Below, piece after piece: positions 63,369 through 64,000 of a DNA stretch of 64,000 nt (position 1 is its first letter; each line of letters starts with the position of its first letter). The DNA is taken from positions 5,202 to 69,201 of the forward strand of contig CAMVKH010000007.1 in the NCBI GenBank assembly GCA_947168065.1, given 5' to 3'. The notes under the pieces are model-generated. The model was not told the origin of the DNA, did not search any database, and saw nothing but the letters and a program-made list of their open reading frames with translations. The position numbers and the translations under genes are program-made. This stretch comes from an uncultured Bacteroidales bacterium. GTDB lineage: Bacteria > Bacteroidota > Bacteroidia > Bacteroidales > UBA932.

Positions 63369-64000
63369 TTATTTCGTGGTGAGGGTTACGGCGGCGGTGT
63401 GGCCGCGGTATTCTTTGGCGTAGAGACATTCGATTTCCACCAGACCGCTGCTGAAGCTGCCTTCCTGCTGCACATAGAAGCGCTCCTGGACCGTGGTATG
63501 CTCCTCGGGGAGGAGTTCCCAGTAGTAATTGGTCTCGGAGGGCTTGACTTCGCGGTAGAAGCCGTACCAGGAGAAATACGAGCGCTCGTCGCGCGGATAG
63601 AAGCAGGCCGGACGCATGGCGCGCATCTGCACGAAGCTGCGGTTCTCGGTGTTATGGATGGCGTAGGTAGCGATAATCTCGTCGCCGACGCGGAGCGCCT
63701 CGCCCTCCCGGAGCGGTTCGCCGGTCGCAGCCCGCACGAAAGTACGGGTCACCTTCAGTTCGTTGGCGGAAGCCTTGACGCGGTCGAGCTTCGTGGTGTA
63801 AGTGTAATACACGGCGCCGAGTTTCAGGTCCTTGGCCTTCGACGAGACAAGGGCGTGCACGGCGTCGGTCGTGGCCACAGTGTTCTCCCAGGCCTGGTTG
63901 TGCTTCTGCAGCAGGAGCCACTGGGCGATGCCGTCCACCACCTTCTTCTCGCCCAGTGTGCTGAAGGTTTCGATGAGCTGGGCGTGGGCGTAGATCTCGC
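63369..64000 (-). CDS. Alpha-2-macroglobulin family protein, C-terminal part (gene runs off the window end)
   Basis: My translation shows the reading frame stays open upstream of the track's GTG at 63941 (...EIYAHAQLIETFSTLGEKKVVDGIAQW...). The C-terminal beta-sandwich (LRVGDEIIATYAIHNTENRSFVQM) is typical of bacterial A2M-like proteins. This is motif-level inference. Confidence 0.55.
   Translation of the reverse strand, partial: EIYAHAQLIETFSTLGEKKVVDGIAQWLLLQKHNQAWENTVATTDAVHALVSSKAKDLKLGAVYYTYTTKLDRVKASANELKVTRTFVRAATGEPLREGEALRVGDEIIATYAIHNTENRSFVQMRAMRPACFYPRDERSYFSWYGFYREVKPSETNYYWELLPEEHTTVQERFYVQQEGSFSSGLVEIECLYAKEYRGHTAAVTLTTK

Noticed and set aside
1-64000. Mobile elements, prophage, and defence or toxin-antitoxin systems.
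   Set aside because: I read all track translations of 60 aa or more. I found no integrase, transposase, recombinase, relaxase, phage structural, Cas, restriction-modification, Abi or TA signatures. The only mobility-like trace is the duplicated tRNA-Pro 3' end, which is reported as a finding.

Overview
This is a high-G+C Bacteroidota chromosomal segment. The phylum call is an inference from repeated TAnnTTTG -7 promoter boxes, many lipobox proteins, type III glutamine synthetase, an RseC-Rnf operon and an argR-GNAT-argG cluster; it looks Alistipes/Rikenellaceae-like. I call about 62 protein genes and one tRNA-Pro(CGG).

Most of the window is housekeeping:
- an argR-led arginine/carbamoyl-phosphate operon (argR-GNAT-argG-argE-like-argH-carAB)
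- a bfr-like/gpx/marR oxidative-stress operon and glnA type III
- rpsO-pnp and trmH-like/glyA
- a 15-gene reverse-strand gene train (two M23 peptidases, MerR, Nif3, a zinc-ribbon protein, dnaB, rseC-rnfBCDGEA, TPR)
- alaS, thiamine pyrophosphokinase, SDR-type tdh and queG

Accessory-looking parts, with lower G+C in the lines I hand-counted:
- a 720-aa coiled-coil lipoprotein and a fused esterase
- a gene-decay junction at 29.9-30.6 kb
- two tandem paralogous lipoproteins coupled to pnp
- a surface locus at 36.4-40.4 kb (42-aa leader ORF, 969-aa multidomain secreted protein, pilin-like lipoprotein)

I found no CRISPR array, integrase, transposase or recognisable defence or toxin genes.

The best candidates for something undescribed are:
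1. A 7-gene fabH-fabF-fabZ-fabG-etfB-etfA-acyl-CoA dehydrogenase operon. It has a membrane LytTR regulator and a separate acpP, and no enoyl reductase in the cluster.
2. An in-frame LptF/LptG-permease::Met-tRNA formyltransferase fusion.
3. A 55-bp inverted repeat that duplicates the tRNA-Pro 3' end plus its terminator around a 2.1-kb trmH-glyA segment.
4. The pnp-coupled lipoprotein pair.
5. The surface locus with MABP-like repeats.

The many very long ORFs in the track (up to 1794 aa) are codon-aligned antisense shadows and were rejected. All family calls come from reading the translations. No database search was run.
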